Assembly: GCA_951406725.2 (NCBI GenBank)
Contig: OX597837.1
Location: forward strand, 15,872,001 to 15,936,000
DNA: 64,000 nt
Direction: 5' to 3'
Origin: Octopus vulgaris
Taxonomy: Eukaryota
Below, piece by piece: positions 13,455 through 25,935 of this stretch. The position numbers were made by a program, and so were the translations under genes. Below the pieces are notes generated by a model, which did not search any database, had not been told where the DNA came from, and saw only the letters and a list, made by a program, of their open reading frames with translations. Numbering within the stretch: position 1 is the first letter of the stretch; each line of letters opens with the position of its first letter.

Positions 13455-13835
13455 TTCTTTCTTTTACCTGTTTTGGTCATTTGACTGCGGCCATGCTAGA
13501 GCACCGCTTTGAATTTTTAGTCAAGAAAATCGACCCAATACTTATTCTTTAAGCCTGGCACTTATTATATCGCTCTTTTTGCCGAACTGCTAATTTACGA
13601 GGATGTAAATACACTAACATCGGTTGTCAAGTGGTGATGAGGGGAGACAAACATAGATACACGCATATATACGACGGGCTTCTTTCAGTTTCCGTCTACC
13701 AAATCCACTCAAAGGTTTTGGTCGGCCTGAGACAATATTAGAAGAGCCTCTCCCAAGGTGACACACAGTGGGACTGAACGCGGTACCATGTGGTTGGTAA
13801 GCAAGCTTCTTACCACACAGCCACTCCTGTACCTA
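13455..13835 (-). mobile_element. tRNA-derived SINE, family A
   Basis: Full-length reverse copy (..ACCACACAGCCACTCCTG..). Confidence 0.85.
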
Positions 13836-14099
13836 TGTGTGTGTGTAATTAGTATCAATTCTTAATATAATGAGCATTAAATACTTAATCAGAAATAATT
13901 ATGTACTGATGAAATTACATTAGCCCAATGACTAATATTATTATTATCTGAATTATTTCCGCGCGAGGTGACTGCCCACCCAGACCCGTCGCCAGACATC
14001 GGTGCCTGGTGGCGGTCGAGGGGTTGGGTAGGGGAATCGGAATAATCCGGGTGGGCATTAATTTGTAATAATGCTAAAATGGTGTTTCGAAATAAGTAT

Positions 14100-14580
14100 A
14101 TCACTGTAAGTCTGGGGGTCGACCATTGAATAGTGAGGGGGGAAAGTGCTGTCCAATGCACACCTACCATAACGGCGGTCATGTTTACATCTCAGCTACG
14201 TGGTTTGTGTTTCGATCCTACTGGGCGGCACCCTTTTATGCAAATCTTGTCTCTTCTAGTCTTCTGGTCAACCAAAACCTCACGAGTGAAATCAGGAAGA
14301 AGAGAACTGTGTGGAAACATTTCGGGGAAACCATTCCTGTTCAACACCACCGCCAGGCCCTTAGGTGCCTATAAAGGACTCAACTCAGTGACTAGCCGTT
14401 TGTTTCAACTCAGCTGTTTTACGATAGCTTGCTCACTCACTCCTACCGCTCACAGAGGCTCTGGAAAGGGTTTTGGGCGCTGCCATATGCGCTCACGAAC
14501 TGTGTAAGCTATTTAAAATGAACGCAGGAGGAGAGACAACTGCGGTTTTTTCGGCATTATTAGACTTCATCAGCTCAACA
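14100..14580 (+). mobile_element. possible Penelope-like GIY-YIG endonuclease remnant
   Basis: Translation GHVYISATWFVFRSYW resembles VYIGxT..F..RW; hammerhead-like CTGATGA..GAAA on the minus strand at ~14535-14577. Confidence 0.35.
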
Positions 14581-14875
14581 TTCGAAGAGTCAATAATATT
14601 TCAGGTGAAACAGCAAGAAAATGGATGTAAAGTATGTTAGGCATAGAAAAAAAATTAACATATTAATAAAAATATCACCGAGTTTATTTATTCAGCGTCG
14701 TTATTCAGGAAAAAAGCAACACTTAAGTTAGAGTTAATATGTATGTAATGGAGTGTACAAATTACAAGTAAATGTATGTATGTATGTATGTATGTATGTA
14801 TGTATGTATGTATGTATGTATGTATGTATGTATATGTGTGTGTGTGTGTGTATGTGTGTGTGTGTGTGTGTGTGT

Positions 14876-15050
14876 AGAAAAACAAAAGACGAAGGCAGGT
14901 GCATGAACAACAAGCAAGTGTCTTAGTTTGACGATCGGGAAAAATGAAAAAGTCTTTTACGTTTCGAGCCTACGCTCTTCAGCAGAAAGGAATAAGAGGA
15001 ATAAAACAGAGAATGAAAAAAACGTGTAGAGTTCAGCGGTCCAGCATGAT
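14876..15050 (-). mobile_element. short Penelope-pLTR-like element with hammerhead-like motif
   Basis: Minus strand CTTTCTG-CTGAAGA-GCGTAGGCTC-GAAAC-GTA-AAAG at 14954-14989; second copy of 13055-13290. Confidence 0.55.
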
Positions 15051-15229
15051 GTATATACATATACACACGCGTGTGTGTGTGGTTACACATACATATACAT
15101 ATACATACATACATACATATGTACATACATAAATACACACACACACACGCACAAGTACATAACTCTCCTCCACCTTTTGTCAATTCGCAACGAATCTGTC
15201 AAAAGTCGATTATTCAGATGCTTTTCTAG

Positions 15230-15990
15230 ATCTAAACTCTTCCTCTTATAAACCTTACCAATGACAACTTTTCTTACATACACAAATAGTGTTGTCCTAT
15301 CGTCTCCATGGTGTTTAAAAACCTGATAGCCAACATTAATAACAGAATATCCAACGTCTCTTCTTCCGAAGAAAGTTTTGAGAAGGCTGCCCCCTACTAC
15401 AACAGTGCCCTAGCCCAAAGTGGCTTTAATGGTGAACTAATTTACAACCCCTCCATACGAATGGCAAAAATGGACCTAAAAACAAATGTAGAAAAATAAT
15501 TTGATGCCGCTCACTCCATTTCCTTTTATGTTAAAACCAATATAGGTAAAAGCTTCCTATCTCTCTTAGACAAACATTTCTCGTAAATCACAAGTACAGA
15601 AAAATATTCAACAGACACTCAGTCGAATTATCATATAGTTGCTTTGCCAATATGAAGAGCATCATTAGACGCAACCACCAAGCGCCTACTCCTAGTTGTG
15701 ACTGTCGAGACGCAGGAACTTGTCCACTCGTCCAGGGCAGCTTGACTAAATCGGTCACGTGTGAGGCAGAAGTTACAGCAACGCCAGATGACAACGGAAA
15801 AGAAGACTTACATCATGTTACGTGAAGGCGACGTCAACAACCGATATGCTAACCACTTATCTTCTTTCCGGTATAGAGACAAAAGCAAAGCCTCTGAGTT
15901 GGCTAGTCATGTATGGGGGCTGAGGTCTAACACCATACCACGTACAATCGAGTGCGAAATAAGCCAGAAAGAAAAAATGGTGCGATCAGG
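15230..15990 (+). mobile_element. Penelope-like retroelement fragment (RT thumb, linker, GIY-YIG), Naiad-type
   Basis: INNRISNVSSSEESFEKAAPYYNSALAQSGF; KTNIGKSFLSLLDKHF; KIFNRHSVELSYSC; CDCRDAGTCPL (CxCx5C, codon start 15697); KTYIM..RYANHLSSFR..SELASHVW; stops and frameshifts. Confidence 0.85.
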
Positions 15991-16019
15991 CTCAAACTTC
16001 GATCACGTGACCACAAAGC

Positions 16020-16109
16020 ACCAACCATAAGCATGCGTACGCCGAAGGCTGTGTGACCATAATAAAGATATGCTAGGGCAAAAGTGCGGATAACTTTTGA
16101 CTTTCCCTC

Positions 16110-16112
<3 letters not shown>
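16020..16112. mobile_element. mariner-type terminal fragment
   Basis: Reverse complement begins TACGAGGGAAAGTCAAAAGTTATCCGCAC, a mariner-like TIR, next to a TA run. Confidence 0.5.
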
Positions 16113-16164
<52 letters not shown>

Positions 16165-16672
16165 AAATGGAAAGTTTGCGTTTGTGAATTTGTTACTTCA
16201 ACTCCGCCGAGATTGTCCAACAGACCTTGATGGAACTTGACACGTGTGGAGGCTTATGTCCATTCGGTCACTTATGTACTAGGAAGCTTTTTAAAAATCG
16301 ATTTTTAATCAGCATCGATTTGTCAAAAATCGTAAAATTTCGGCACTTTCTGCACTAGCCATCGTGACATCAATTTGACGAAAAATGCTTCATGGGTATA
16401 AACAGACAGCTTATTAAAGGTAATAATCTATTTAGCATTTGCTAATTCTTCATTTCATTGCGAATTGTTTTGATTTGCTAAAACTTATTCTTTCAATTCG
16501 TTGTTTTAATCCCCCAGCGTTTGATTAGGTAAGACCATTTTATTTCTCGAGCAAATTTTAGCCATTTTGCGCACAAGCCATCGTGACATCAATTTGACGA
16601 AATCTTCTCCAAAGCGTAAACTTTCGCCATTTTACGCAAATGCACAGAAATGACGACATCGCGGGTTCGCTA
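16113..16672 (+). mobile_element. non-autonomous Helitron-like element
   Basis: (TA)n head, GTTTGCGTTTGT..GATGGAACTTGACAC body, 3' end GACGACATCGCGGGTTCGCTAT resembling a hairpin+CTAG terminus; internal repeat AGCCATCGTGACATCAATTTGACGAAA x2. Confidence 0.55.
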
Positions 16673-16865
16673 TCTGACTCTGCTCATTTTTTTGTCAAAT
16701 TGGTCCTACGCATAAATATAGATTAAAAATTTTTTGAAAACTCGAAATTTGACGAAAAATGTTTCATGGCTATAAACAGACATATTAACTGTTCGTCAGA
16801 GAGTTGTGATAAAAAAGAATTCTTTTTTTTATCAGACTTTGTGGAAATATATCGTGTGTTTGTGT

Positions 16866-16909
<44 letters not shown>

Positions 16910-17882
16910 ATATGTATGATGCATCAATCTTTTCATTCTTTCTCGTGATATACCAGCATCCTGATTTTCATATAGAGCTGACCATGTGCTCAAAGCCCAA
17001 AAATCAGTGGGAGACACAAGGTGTGTTATAAAAACCTGCCTAGACACATATCTTCAAAGCAAAACCTTATTAGAAGCTCGTATTTTTATACTATGTACAT
17101 TAAACAATATTTATCTCTCATCAGATGGAATACTTGCTTTGTTGATCGTGCCTTAACGGAATAGTAAACTACATACATACATACATACATACATACATAC
17201 ATACATACATACATACATACATACACACATACATACATGCATGCATGCATGCATACATACACACATACATACATACATACATAATGCACCTGCTCTCTTT
17301 ATGCTTCATACACACACACACATTAACGTATGTATGTATGTGTGTGTTTATGGGCAGAGAGGTTACAACAAGGAATGAAAAATATGCCTCTTGTACCCAA
17401 TCAGGTGCTTAGATAAAAGTAGCAGAAAATGGTTGCTCACATTTGGATTGAAGCTGTTCTAGTCATCGCTCTCGAACAAAGACTGCTATTGTCTGCCATA
17501 ATTAGAACACATTTCTACATCTTATATAAGAGAGGTGATCTATTATGAAGCTTTTAACGCTTCTATTCTCAGCGAAATTGACCTAAAACATTCTTTTTTT
17601 AAATACAAAAGAACATGGAACCATCTTTTGTTTCTTTTTTTTAATACGTGGACCTTATAATTTATATTTTTGTGTTAAAACAATCGACATTTTCAACAAA
17701 TGAATGGTTGTTTGGTTGTTTTGCTTCATTTTCAACTCCAAATGCTACCAATTGGTCTCATTGCGTAATTTTCATAAATTTTTGTAATTTAACTATTTCT
17801 TTGTCTGTCTGTCTGTCTCTGAGGCTGTCTCTGTCGCCCCTTCTCTCCCCCCTCTGTGTGTGTGTGTGTGTGTATTGAATTC

Positions 17883-17947
<65 letters not shown>

Positions 17948-18235
17948 TAGATAGATAGATAGATAGATAACGTTCTTTATTGGCCACAAAGGGATGAACA
18001 CAGAAGAGACAAATACAAATGTAGAGCTTTCTTTTCGAAAATATAAAAAAAGGGGGGGGGGGGATAAGAAAGAAAGTAGGATTCCGATCAAACGGGATCG
18101 TGTATCACAGAAGAGTTTTAAAGATGTAAAAAGTAAGGTTAGATGTATCCGTGGAAAGAAAAGCCTACGGAAAAGACCACAGGAGGGAATAAACACATGA
18201 GAGCAAAGTGCTCTCTCTCTCTCTCTTTTTTCGAT

Positions 18236-18590
18236 TTACAGGATCATGCTCAAAGTGGTTTCGTCACTCGCACGCTCCATCTTGCTACATTCACCCACCT
18301 TTTTTCTTAAACTTTCACGAGACAAAACCTGCCTCTCCATTCTCACCTTCCTTTTCAAGTGGTACCTGAACAGGTTGATGAGCGATTGGCCAGAGAGGTA
18401 AGTGCTTGTCTCTAATCCCTTCGCTCGAGTCCACCTCACACATTCTTTCACCATGGCCACCAGTACGATGAAGAAGACTGCTTTGCTTTCCCGGTTGAGG
18501 GAAGATGGCGGAGAAATTGTCACGATAGACTCGTTCGACAGGCAGACTCGTCCCACACGTGACAGCAGCCGTTCGGCATAAGCCCAGGTA
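18236..18590 (-). mobile_element. L1/Tx1-like LINE ORF2 C-terminal fragment
   Basis: ORF ..VAMVKECVRWTRAKG..LINLFRYHLKRKVRMER resembles Tx1 ORF2 C-termini; followed by a T/CT-rich tract on the plus strand (A-rich tail on minus). Confidence 0.55.
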
Positions 18591-19236
18591 CACATATATA
18601 TACATATACATACATAAATATATATATATTTCGTAAGTAGTTAAGTCTATGTCCGGTCATAGATTGACCAATGGTTTCGCTTAGCCCCGTGAATGTCTCA
18701 CCAAACTCTAAAGCCGAAGACGAATGTAACTCTTCACCTCTGGAAGGCAGGAATTCGTTATGGTCATTACACACACACGCACACACGCACACACGCATAC
18801 ACACATACATATATACATGTGTATGTGTGTGTGTGTATTTGTGTCATTATTCAGTTTTATTTCAAGATTTATAGTCTGTCTGTATTTTATAAATGAAAGG
18901 CTCCAATTTCCAGTGCTCAGAGTGACTTGTTTTCCAATCATCAATTGGTAATTGAAGCTTGCTTTCGTTTGAACTACTCTTTGAATATTTATAGAAACAA
19001 GAAGTGGAAGCTTGAAGAAAACAACTTTCCGTACTTTTTTTTTTTTTAAAGAAACAGCAAAGCCCTATGAACTGACACGTGCGAGAACGGCTGCTTGAAG
19101 CTCACGTTTTTGATGTCTTTCTGGTTCTCGTGAGAATATTCTGAATGTCTTAAACTTCTTATGAGCGAAGTCACTCTTAAAATTGCATTGTTGTCTAAAT
19201 AATGAATAAACTACATCTGTGTGCATATATATATAT

Positions 19237-19990
19237 ACCAGCAGTAACACCCGTCGTTGATCGGGTATGTGTTATTCTATTTATCTATACAGTAATGGCA
19301 ATGGTATAATATTTTTATAAGAAAAAATCATGTAATAAAAAAACTTTATGGTGCTGTTATTGTATGTCTCTTTTTGAAAGATTTAGAAATAATAATATTT
19401 CTATTTTGTTGATCAGTGACTGTGTATCACTTTGAAATCTATAAATTATCGACAGCAGTTCAGTGGCGACATCTAGCCAACCAAGCTACTCCACGCTGAT
19501 ATAAAGATCACAAACCCAGAAACTGGTCCGTGGATGCGAAACTGGTCCGTGCTGGCCGGAGCTACTGATCTCCCCTGTCCGAAAATATAAGGACACAGAA
19601 TTTTTATGTCATATAGCCAGCTGGAAACAATGTTTCCTGGGGCTAAATAACAACAACATTCGTTCCATCCTGGGACTGCCACATTGGTGAAAAAGTCATT
19701 ACTTTATGGTGCTGTTACTGTATATCTCTCTCTTTGAGATATTTAGAAATATTAATATTTCTATTATGTAATAATTGAAATAGAAAAAGATCATTTTTAT
19801 ACATGAAGTTCTGTTTGTTTATTATATGATAATAATGAGGGAAATGTGTGTGTTACTTTATTTGTCAATACAGTAATGGCAATTATATAAAAAAAAGTTC
19901 ATTGAAATAGGTAATTGGCTCATTCTTGAATGAGATTATAATAATGGTAAATGAAGTTAATCATGTTGCGTTAAGAATGAATATTTCTTC
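19237..19990 (-). mobile_element. Helitron-like 3' portion with internal duplication
   Basis: Minus-strand end ACCCGATCAACGACGGGT-GTTA-CTGCTGG|T (hairpin + CTRR-like end); ~60-bp block repeated at ~19343 and ~19701; far boundary approximate. Confidence 0.5.
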
Positions 19991-20750
19991 ATGAACAATG
20001 TTTTTTTTTGTTTTATTTCGGGGTACATAAGCCTTTATTACAAACAGACCAGCATCGACCCCAGTACCTAGCTGGTACTTATTTTATCGACCTCAAAAGA
20101 ACGAAAGGCAAAGTCGACCTCGGTGGAATTTCAACTCAGAACGTAAGAGACGGATGAAATGCCGCTAAGCATTTTGTCCAGAGAATTAACATTGGAACTA
20201 TTCAGGCGATGTTTCAAATCTCTTTAGCCATTCATTCAATGATGTTGCCACCGTTTTTATAAATACTGGTTTTGTATTTTAGCCAGAAATTGACAGATTT
20301 TGCCAATTTCACAGTTCATGGTATTTGTTGATATTCCACGAGTTATGTCGGGCCATGTTTGCATCGTTATTATTCTTTATTTTCCCTCTCTCTTCTAAGC
20401 TATTTTGCTATTTTTATTATACCAGAATGATTTTGTTCTGTATTTTCTCCCTCAATATGCTTAAACTTGTGTTCATATCGGCATGCCATCCATCTTCCGT
20501 TAATCCTCTTTTAACCGGTTTTATATTTCTTTAGAGAATATTTCGGTTGTTGAATCACATAACTTTTTCCCGTGAAAGAATCGCTCATATTTTTCATAAC
20601 AACATATATCCATTTTATCATCATTATTAATGTAATTTTTATTGTTGTTGTTGTTGTTCTTCTTCTTCTTCTTGCTGTTGTTTTTGTTGTTATTTACTTT
20701 TAATCTGCATGTTTGTTGCAATCAATTGCCGAGACACATTCAGCATCCTA

Positions 20751-20796
<46 letters not shown>

Positions 20797-20801
<5 letters not shown>

Positions 20802-21438
20802 TCCGCTTTAGCGAAGGCGGCGGTGTTGTTTTCGCTTGTGTCTGTTTGTCCATGGACAAAATATCTCAAGAACTGCTTGACGGATGAAATTTTAGGGATG
20901 TTTGGCCTCGTGACCGGCACGAACTGATTAGATTTTGGGATCGATCCGGTACTGGACATTCTGGATTATTTGTTATATTTACTTTACATGAAGTAATACG
21001 ATCTTACGTGAACTTTCAAGTCTTTCTCTGATTATCTCCCTTGAAAGCACGCTCATGGTTTCCACGTAAGTTATAGCGACGTTGCTGCTTCCAAAGTTTT
21101 ATTTTCGTTTCTCTATTATTAATTTTACTCGCGTCTCTATCTTAGTAGAAACTGATGGATAAAGAAATGAAGCTACATAAACGGCAGCAAAACCATTCAG
21201 AAATTAAATAACACTTACATATTCAAGTTTTACCAAGTTTTAATATGTCACTCCTGTTTCCGTTTTTTTTTTAAAACTTAATTTTTGAGAGCTGTCAGGT
21301 TCATGTTTAGTATTCCCGTTTGTGAGAGCAGTCGAGTATATTTCAGATATTCTCATTTTAAAAATCATCTCCGGTTAATCGTTGAGAGGATGTTGGTGTT
21401 GTCTCGGCGAGGGTTTGCGCTCTCTGCGGGCTCTTGTT
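20797..21438 (+). mobile_element. Helentron-associated non-autonomous element (HINE/DINE-1-like)
   Basis: 5' TTACCTCCGC..GAAGGCGG short palindrome, GTCTGTTTGTC core, 3' subTIR GGCGAGGGT then hairpin-like GCGCTCTCTGCGGGCTCTTGTT; inserted in a (TTA)n run. Confidence 0.7.
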
Positions 21439-21699
21439 ATTACTATCATTATTATTGTTTTGATGAATATTAAACGAGTTCTTTCCCTTGTCCCATTTAA
21501 CAGGAATTTTCGTTAATATTAACTTAATATCAACGGCGTTTGTTGTCCATCACAGGTTTAAGTAATTTAAATATCATTTTGGAGCTCCCCACATCCGATA
21601 TGTTACCCTTCTCTTAACTATAATCCTTTCATCCTTTTAGTCATAAGACATCCCTGATTTAAAAAGGAAGAAAAAAAACTTTTTCAATATCCTTATTCA

Positions 21700-22070
21700 G
21701 CATAACTTTAACCAAAATGGCTTCTGTTTTTCTTTGCATTACTTTTCTGAAATCTTTTTATTAATATTTTATTTTGTTTGTAGTTTCTTTTCTTTGTCTT
21801 TTCTTTCTTTCCTGTTTGACTTCCACTGAAATGTCGTTCTGTTAAATAAGGATCGGTCTTTCCGGTTTCTTCCTCTCTGCTTCTCTCTTACTCTGTCCCT
21901 CTCTTTTTCCTCTTTTATTCTTTCCAGTTTTCAGTGCTGGGATTGGCTGAAGCGAGTTTTACTTTATTAGGATTAAAAACTTGATTTTTCCACGATATTT
22001 CTGAGTGGATTACGTCATTAGTCGACGAAATTTCGAGTCTGTTTGCGTGAAAAGAATTTCGAGCGGTAAA
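21700..22070. promoter_or_regulatory. housekeeping-promoter-like, CpG-enriched unique segment
   Basis: YY1-like CCAAAATGGC (~21712), ETS-like TTCCGGT (21860), CCAAT box ATTGG (21942), CRE-like TTACGTCA (22010). Confidence 0.35.
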
Positions 22071-22097
22071 AGGGTTTTTGTTGTTGTTTTACTGTGA

Positions 22098-22430
22098 AGG
22101 CTCATGACTCAGGGGTTAGAGTGTCGGGTTCACAATCATGAGGTTGTGAGTTCGATTCCCGGACCATGCTGGGTGTTGTGTTCCTGAGCAAGACACTTTA
22201 TTCCACGTTGTTCTAGTTCACTCAGCTGTAGAAATGAGTTGCAATGCCACTGGTGCCAAGCTGCATCGGCCCCTTTGCCTCTCCCTTGGATAACATCGGT
22301 GGCGTGGAGAGGGGAGGGGCGGGGACGCTGCTATGCATGGGCGACTCCTGGTCTTCTATAAAACAACCTTGCCCAGTCTTGTGCCTAACTTTCTAGGTGC
22401 AATCCCGAATAGGGTCTTGGCCCTTTTACC
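22098..22430 (+). mobile_element. tRNA-derived SINE, family B
   Basis: Head GGTTAGAGTGTCGGGTTCACAATC..GAGTTCGATTCCCGG (B box); near-identical copy at 55046-55375. Confidence 0.8.
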
Positions 22431-22843
22431 TTGTTTTACTTAACTATTATTACGCCACAGAAACTGGGAAACCGGGCCCATGAGTCTGGCTAGGCTTGAA
22501 AAGGGCGAAAGAAAAAATATATATATTTACTCACACACACATACTTACCCTTCCACAGAAACCCTCCACAATTAAAGCTCAGCACTTCTTTATGTGGCTG
22601 TCCTCATCCATACACATCCCATACCCAAACCAGTGCAGTCTCCTCCTCTCTTCTACACAACATCCGAAGCCACTCATACCCAGTTTTCCTCTTAAATCAT
22701 TCACACTCTGTCGTGTATGAAACACTGACACACATACCGTATATGTGGTATAGATACCACATTCAGTCTGACAGCTTGTATTTAATTACATTGCAAATTC
22801 CTGAAGTCAAATGACGATAAGAAAAAATATTAATTTTTCATTA

Positions 22844-22849
22844 TTTATT
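22844..22849 (-). terminator. polyadenylation signal of PIERCE1-like gene
   Basis: AATAAA on the minus strand ~100 nt after the stop codon. Confidence 0.5.
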
Positions 22850-22949
22850 AAATTTCCACATGATAATTGAGATTATTCTGACAAACAATTCTAGTTATTC
22901 AGCATCCATATTTTAAAATATGGCAAGCAATACGAGTCCCTTGGCGGAT

Positions 22950-23018
22950 TTAAACGTAACTTTTGTCCAGAGCTGTATTTAAGGAACGATTCCGATACAT
23001 TCCAGCATTCCTAAGATT
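22950..23018 (-). CDS. PIERCE1: PIERCE1-like, coding exon 4 (NLRNAGMYRNRSLNTALDKSYV*)
   Basis: Acceptor TTTTTTGTCTGTTTTCTTTCAG, phase 0; matches the family motif GM(F/Y)RNNxLNxxL(D/E)KS. Confidence 0.9.
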   Translation of the reverse strand, partial: NLRNAGMYRNRSLNTALDKSYV

Positions 23019-23468
23019 CTGAAAGAAAACAGACAAAAAAGTAAAGAAAAAGAGAATTAAAAAAGCAGACATGTTTGGGTGGTTCAGTTCACTTTGTAAC
23101 TACAAGGTTTCTGGTTCAGTCCCACATCAAGGCATCTTGGGCAATTGTCTTCTATAAATTCAGACCAATCTATGCTTTGTGAGTAAATTTATGATAAAGT
23201 CAACTCAGGTAAGCAACCACAACATAAGTTGATTCAGCACTCTGAGCTTAAAAGGGTTTCTGTCGGAAAGGAAGAATTGGAACTGAAATCAACAGTGAAT
23301 GTTGGATATGTATTGTGTAAGATTGTGTTCGATTGTCAAAAGTAGGATATGCGAATCATAGGAAGTCATATGAAGATCAAAATGCCCAGGTAGGTAGTAA
23401 TCTTGAGCCCTAGTCACCCCTTACAACTTGTGTCATATGTCACAAAACTTGTAAGACAATATCGGGAC

Positions 23469-23682
23469 TTAACCCTTTCGATACCAACCCGGCTGAAACT
23501 GCCTCTAGCTCTGTAGTACAAATATCTTCTTTTTATAAGGTTTAAATTAAAACCTTCCACCAAAACTTAGTGACAACTTATGTTTTTAAACTAAGTTATT
23601 TTACTAAATTCTTTGTTATATTTAAAATTAATTGAAAGAAACCCAGAGCATCTCAAAATAAAAACAGTAACGAAAGGGTTAA
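23469..23682. mobile_element. piggyBac-type MITE
   Basis: TTAA-CCCTTTCG...CGAAAGGG-TTAA. Confidence 0.8.
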
Positions 23683-24017
23683 AAGAGATATGCTGGTTCA
23701 CAAAAACATTCCTTTAGAATCAGATTCCAAAGAGCAAAGATGCAGAAGAAACGTGAATAATATCTGTTTCTTATGTTTTAAACCGTGTCAGTCAGTCAGG
23801 GTGGACTTTAAAAAATCATCTGAGTGCTCATCAACAGAGTGATTGTGCTGTGTGATGAGGGTGCGGTGTGCGTGTTGATGGGACAGCTGTCATCTGTCAA
23901 TATGAAACAATCATCATATATACATACGTACATACATACATATATATGTATGTATGTGTGTGTGTGTATGTATGTGTGTTTGTGTGTATATATCTCTCTC
24001 TCTATCTATATATATAT

Positions 24018-24340
24018 CATCATCATCATCATCATCATTTAGCGTCCGTTTTCCATGCTAGCATGGGTTGGATGGTTTAACTGGGGTCTGTGAAGCTGGA
24101 AGGCTTCATCCGGCCCAGTCATCCGGCTGGATGCTAACGCCAATCACTCCGTGAGTGTAGTGGGTGCTTTTTATGTGCCACCTGCACAGGTGCCAGACAG
24201 AGCTGGCAAACGGCCATGAACGGATGGTGCTTTTACGTGTCACCGGCACGGGGGCCAGGCGAGGCTGGCAACGGACACGAACGGATGGTGCTTTTACGTG
24301 TCACCGGAACGGGGGCCAGGCGAGGCTGGCAACGGACCAA
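24018..24340 (-). mobile_element. family D SINE with ~62-bp tandem duplications
   Basis: (CAT)n tail, TTTCCATGCTAGCATGGGTTGG, repeated ACGGATGGTGCTTTTACGTGTCACCGG. Confidence 0.7.
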
Positions 24341-25121
24341 TATATATATATATATGTATATATGTGTGTATGCTTTTGCGTTTGTCCTTGCACTTCTTGA
24401 GGATAGATGTTGGTTTATTTATGTCCTTATAACTTAGCAGTTTGGCAAAACAGAGCGATAAAACATGTATCAGTACTTAAGAAACAAGTCCTGAGATGGA
24501 TTGAATCGACTGAATCCTTCAATGCAGTGCTACAGCATGGCTGCAGTCCAATGGCTGAAACAAGTAAAACCTAGAAGACAGAAGAATTAGACTGTTACCC
24601 TGAAAATGTTTTGTCCTTGGTTGTGCTTTTATCCTTTGTGAACCTTCAGAGTATGACCCCTTACCATACTACAGTAGGGACAACGGCAGAGACGTATGAC
24701 ATTGTACAGGCATGGAACATACATGACCAAACTGCATGTTGTTAGCTTTTCTCATCTTTCTTTTATCTTTTAATTGCTTCAGTCATTGGACAGCGACCAT
24801 GCTGGGGCACCCAAGGGCCTCACTTGAACAAATCAACCCCAGGACTTATTACCATTTAAAAATTTTTTTTCAAGTTTGGTATTTATTCTATCAGTCTCTT
24901 TTGCCAAAATGCTAAGTTGCAGGGATGTAACAAAACCAACACTGGTTGGCAAGCAGTGGCGAGACAGACAAATACAATGACACACACACACACACACACA
25001 CACATACATACACACTCACATCCACACAATGATATACACAAACACAATGATACACATATACACACACAACACACACACTCACACCCACACACACTGTAAC
25101 ACGTGGCTGATGCTACTTTAC

Positions 25122-25258
25122 CTTGGTAAACTGCAGCGTCTTTGGATAGAAACACTGTGGTACTGTGTGTATTGATGGTGGTATGGAACCATATTCTGAG
25201 GAGGTGGTCATGAATTGAGGGTTTACAGGTTCTTTCCTTCCATAACCTTTCAAGCAGA
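25122..25258 (-). CDS. PIERCE1: PIERCE1-like, coding exon 3 (VCLKGYGRKEPVNPQFMTTSSEYGSIPPSIHTVPQCFYPKTLQFTK)
   Basis: Acceptor TGTCTTTTCAG, donor AAG|GTAAAG, phase 1->0; UPF0691 core xTxxxYGsxxPxxHxxPxxFYP. Confidence 0.93.
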
Positions 25259-25313
25259 CTGAAAAGACAAATGCCACAGATTTCAGAACTAAATTCCACT
25301 GGATTTTAACCAT

Positions 25314-25354
<41 letters not shown>

Positions 25355-25779
25355 GGTGGTGGTGGTGGTGGTGGCTTGGTGGTATTTAGCCCCAGGTCAG
25401 CCCTGGCTGAAGAGACCTGTTGCGTGTAGGAGGTACACGAGACGTCTAACAAATAGATATGACTCACACATCATCATCATCATCATCATAATTACCATGT
25501 AATGTCCATTTTCTATGCTGGCATGGTTTGGACAGCTTGACAGGAGTCGGCCATCTGGAGAGCTGCCCAGGCTCCATTTGTCTGTTTTGGCAAAGTTCCC
25601 ATGGCTGGATGCCTTTCCTAATGCCAACCACTTTACAGAGGGTGTACTGGGTGCTTTTTATGTGGCACCAGCACCCGTGAGCCCTCAAAAGAAGGACCTC
25701 TCAGCTGATAGAGGGATGTAGAGGACATACCTGTATGTATGGCCATGGTTTTACCTAGTTTGATGTGCCTTCTCAAGCA

Positions 25780-25935
25780 CAGTAAACCATCAGAATCCTT
25801 GGTCACTCATCATCTCCCCTGTAAGACCCAACATCTGAAGATTCTTTCTCACCAATTCATCTCATGTCTTCCTGGATCTACCTCTTCCACATGTTCCGTC
25901 CACATTTAGAGATTGGCACTTCTTTATGCAGCTGT
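25780..25935 (-). mobile_element. RTE-type LINE 3' fragment
   Basis: CIKKCQSLNVDGTCGRGRSRKT, typical of RTE ORF C-termini. Confidence 0.55.

Noticed and set aside
19105-20640. Possible minus-strand exons at ~19105-19194 and ~20300-20610
   Set aside because: Weak splice signals, short frames with stops and no recognisable homology.
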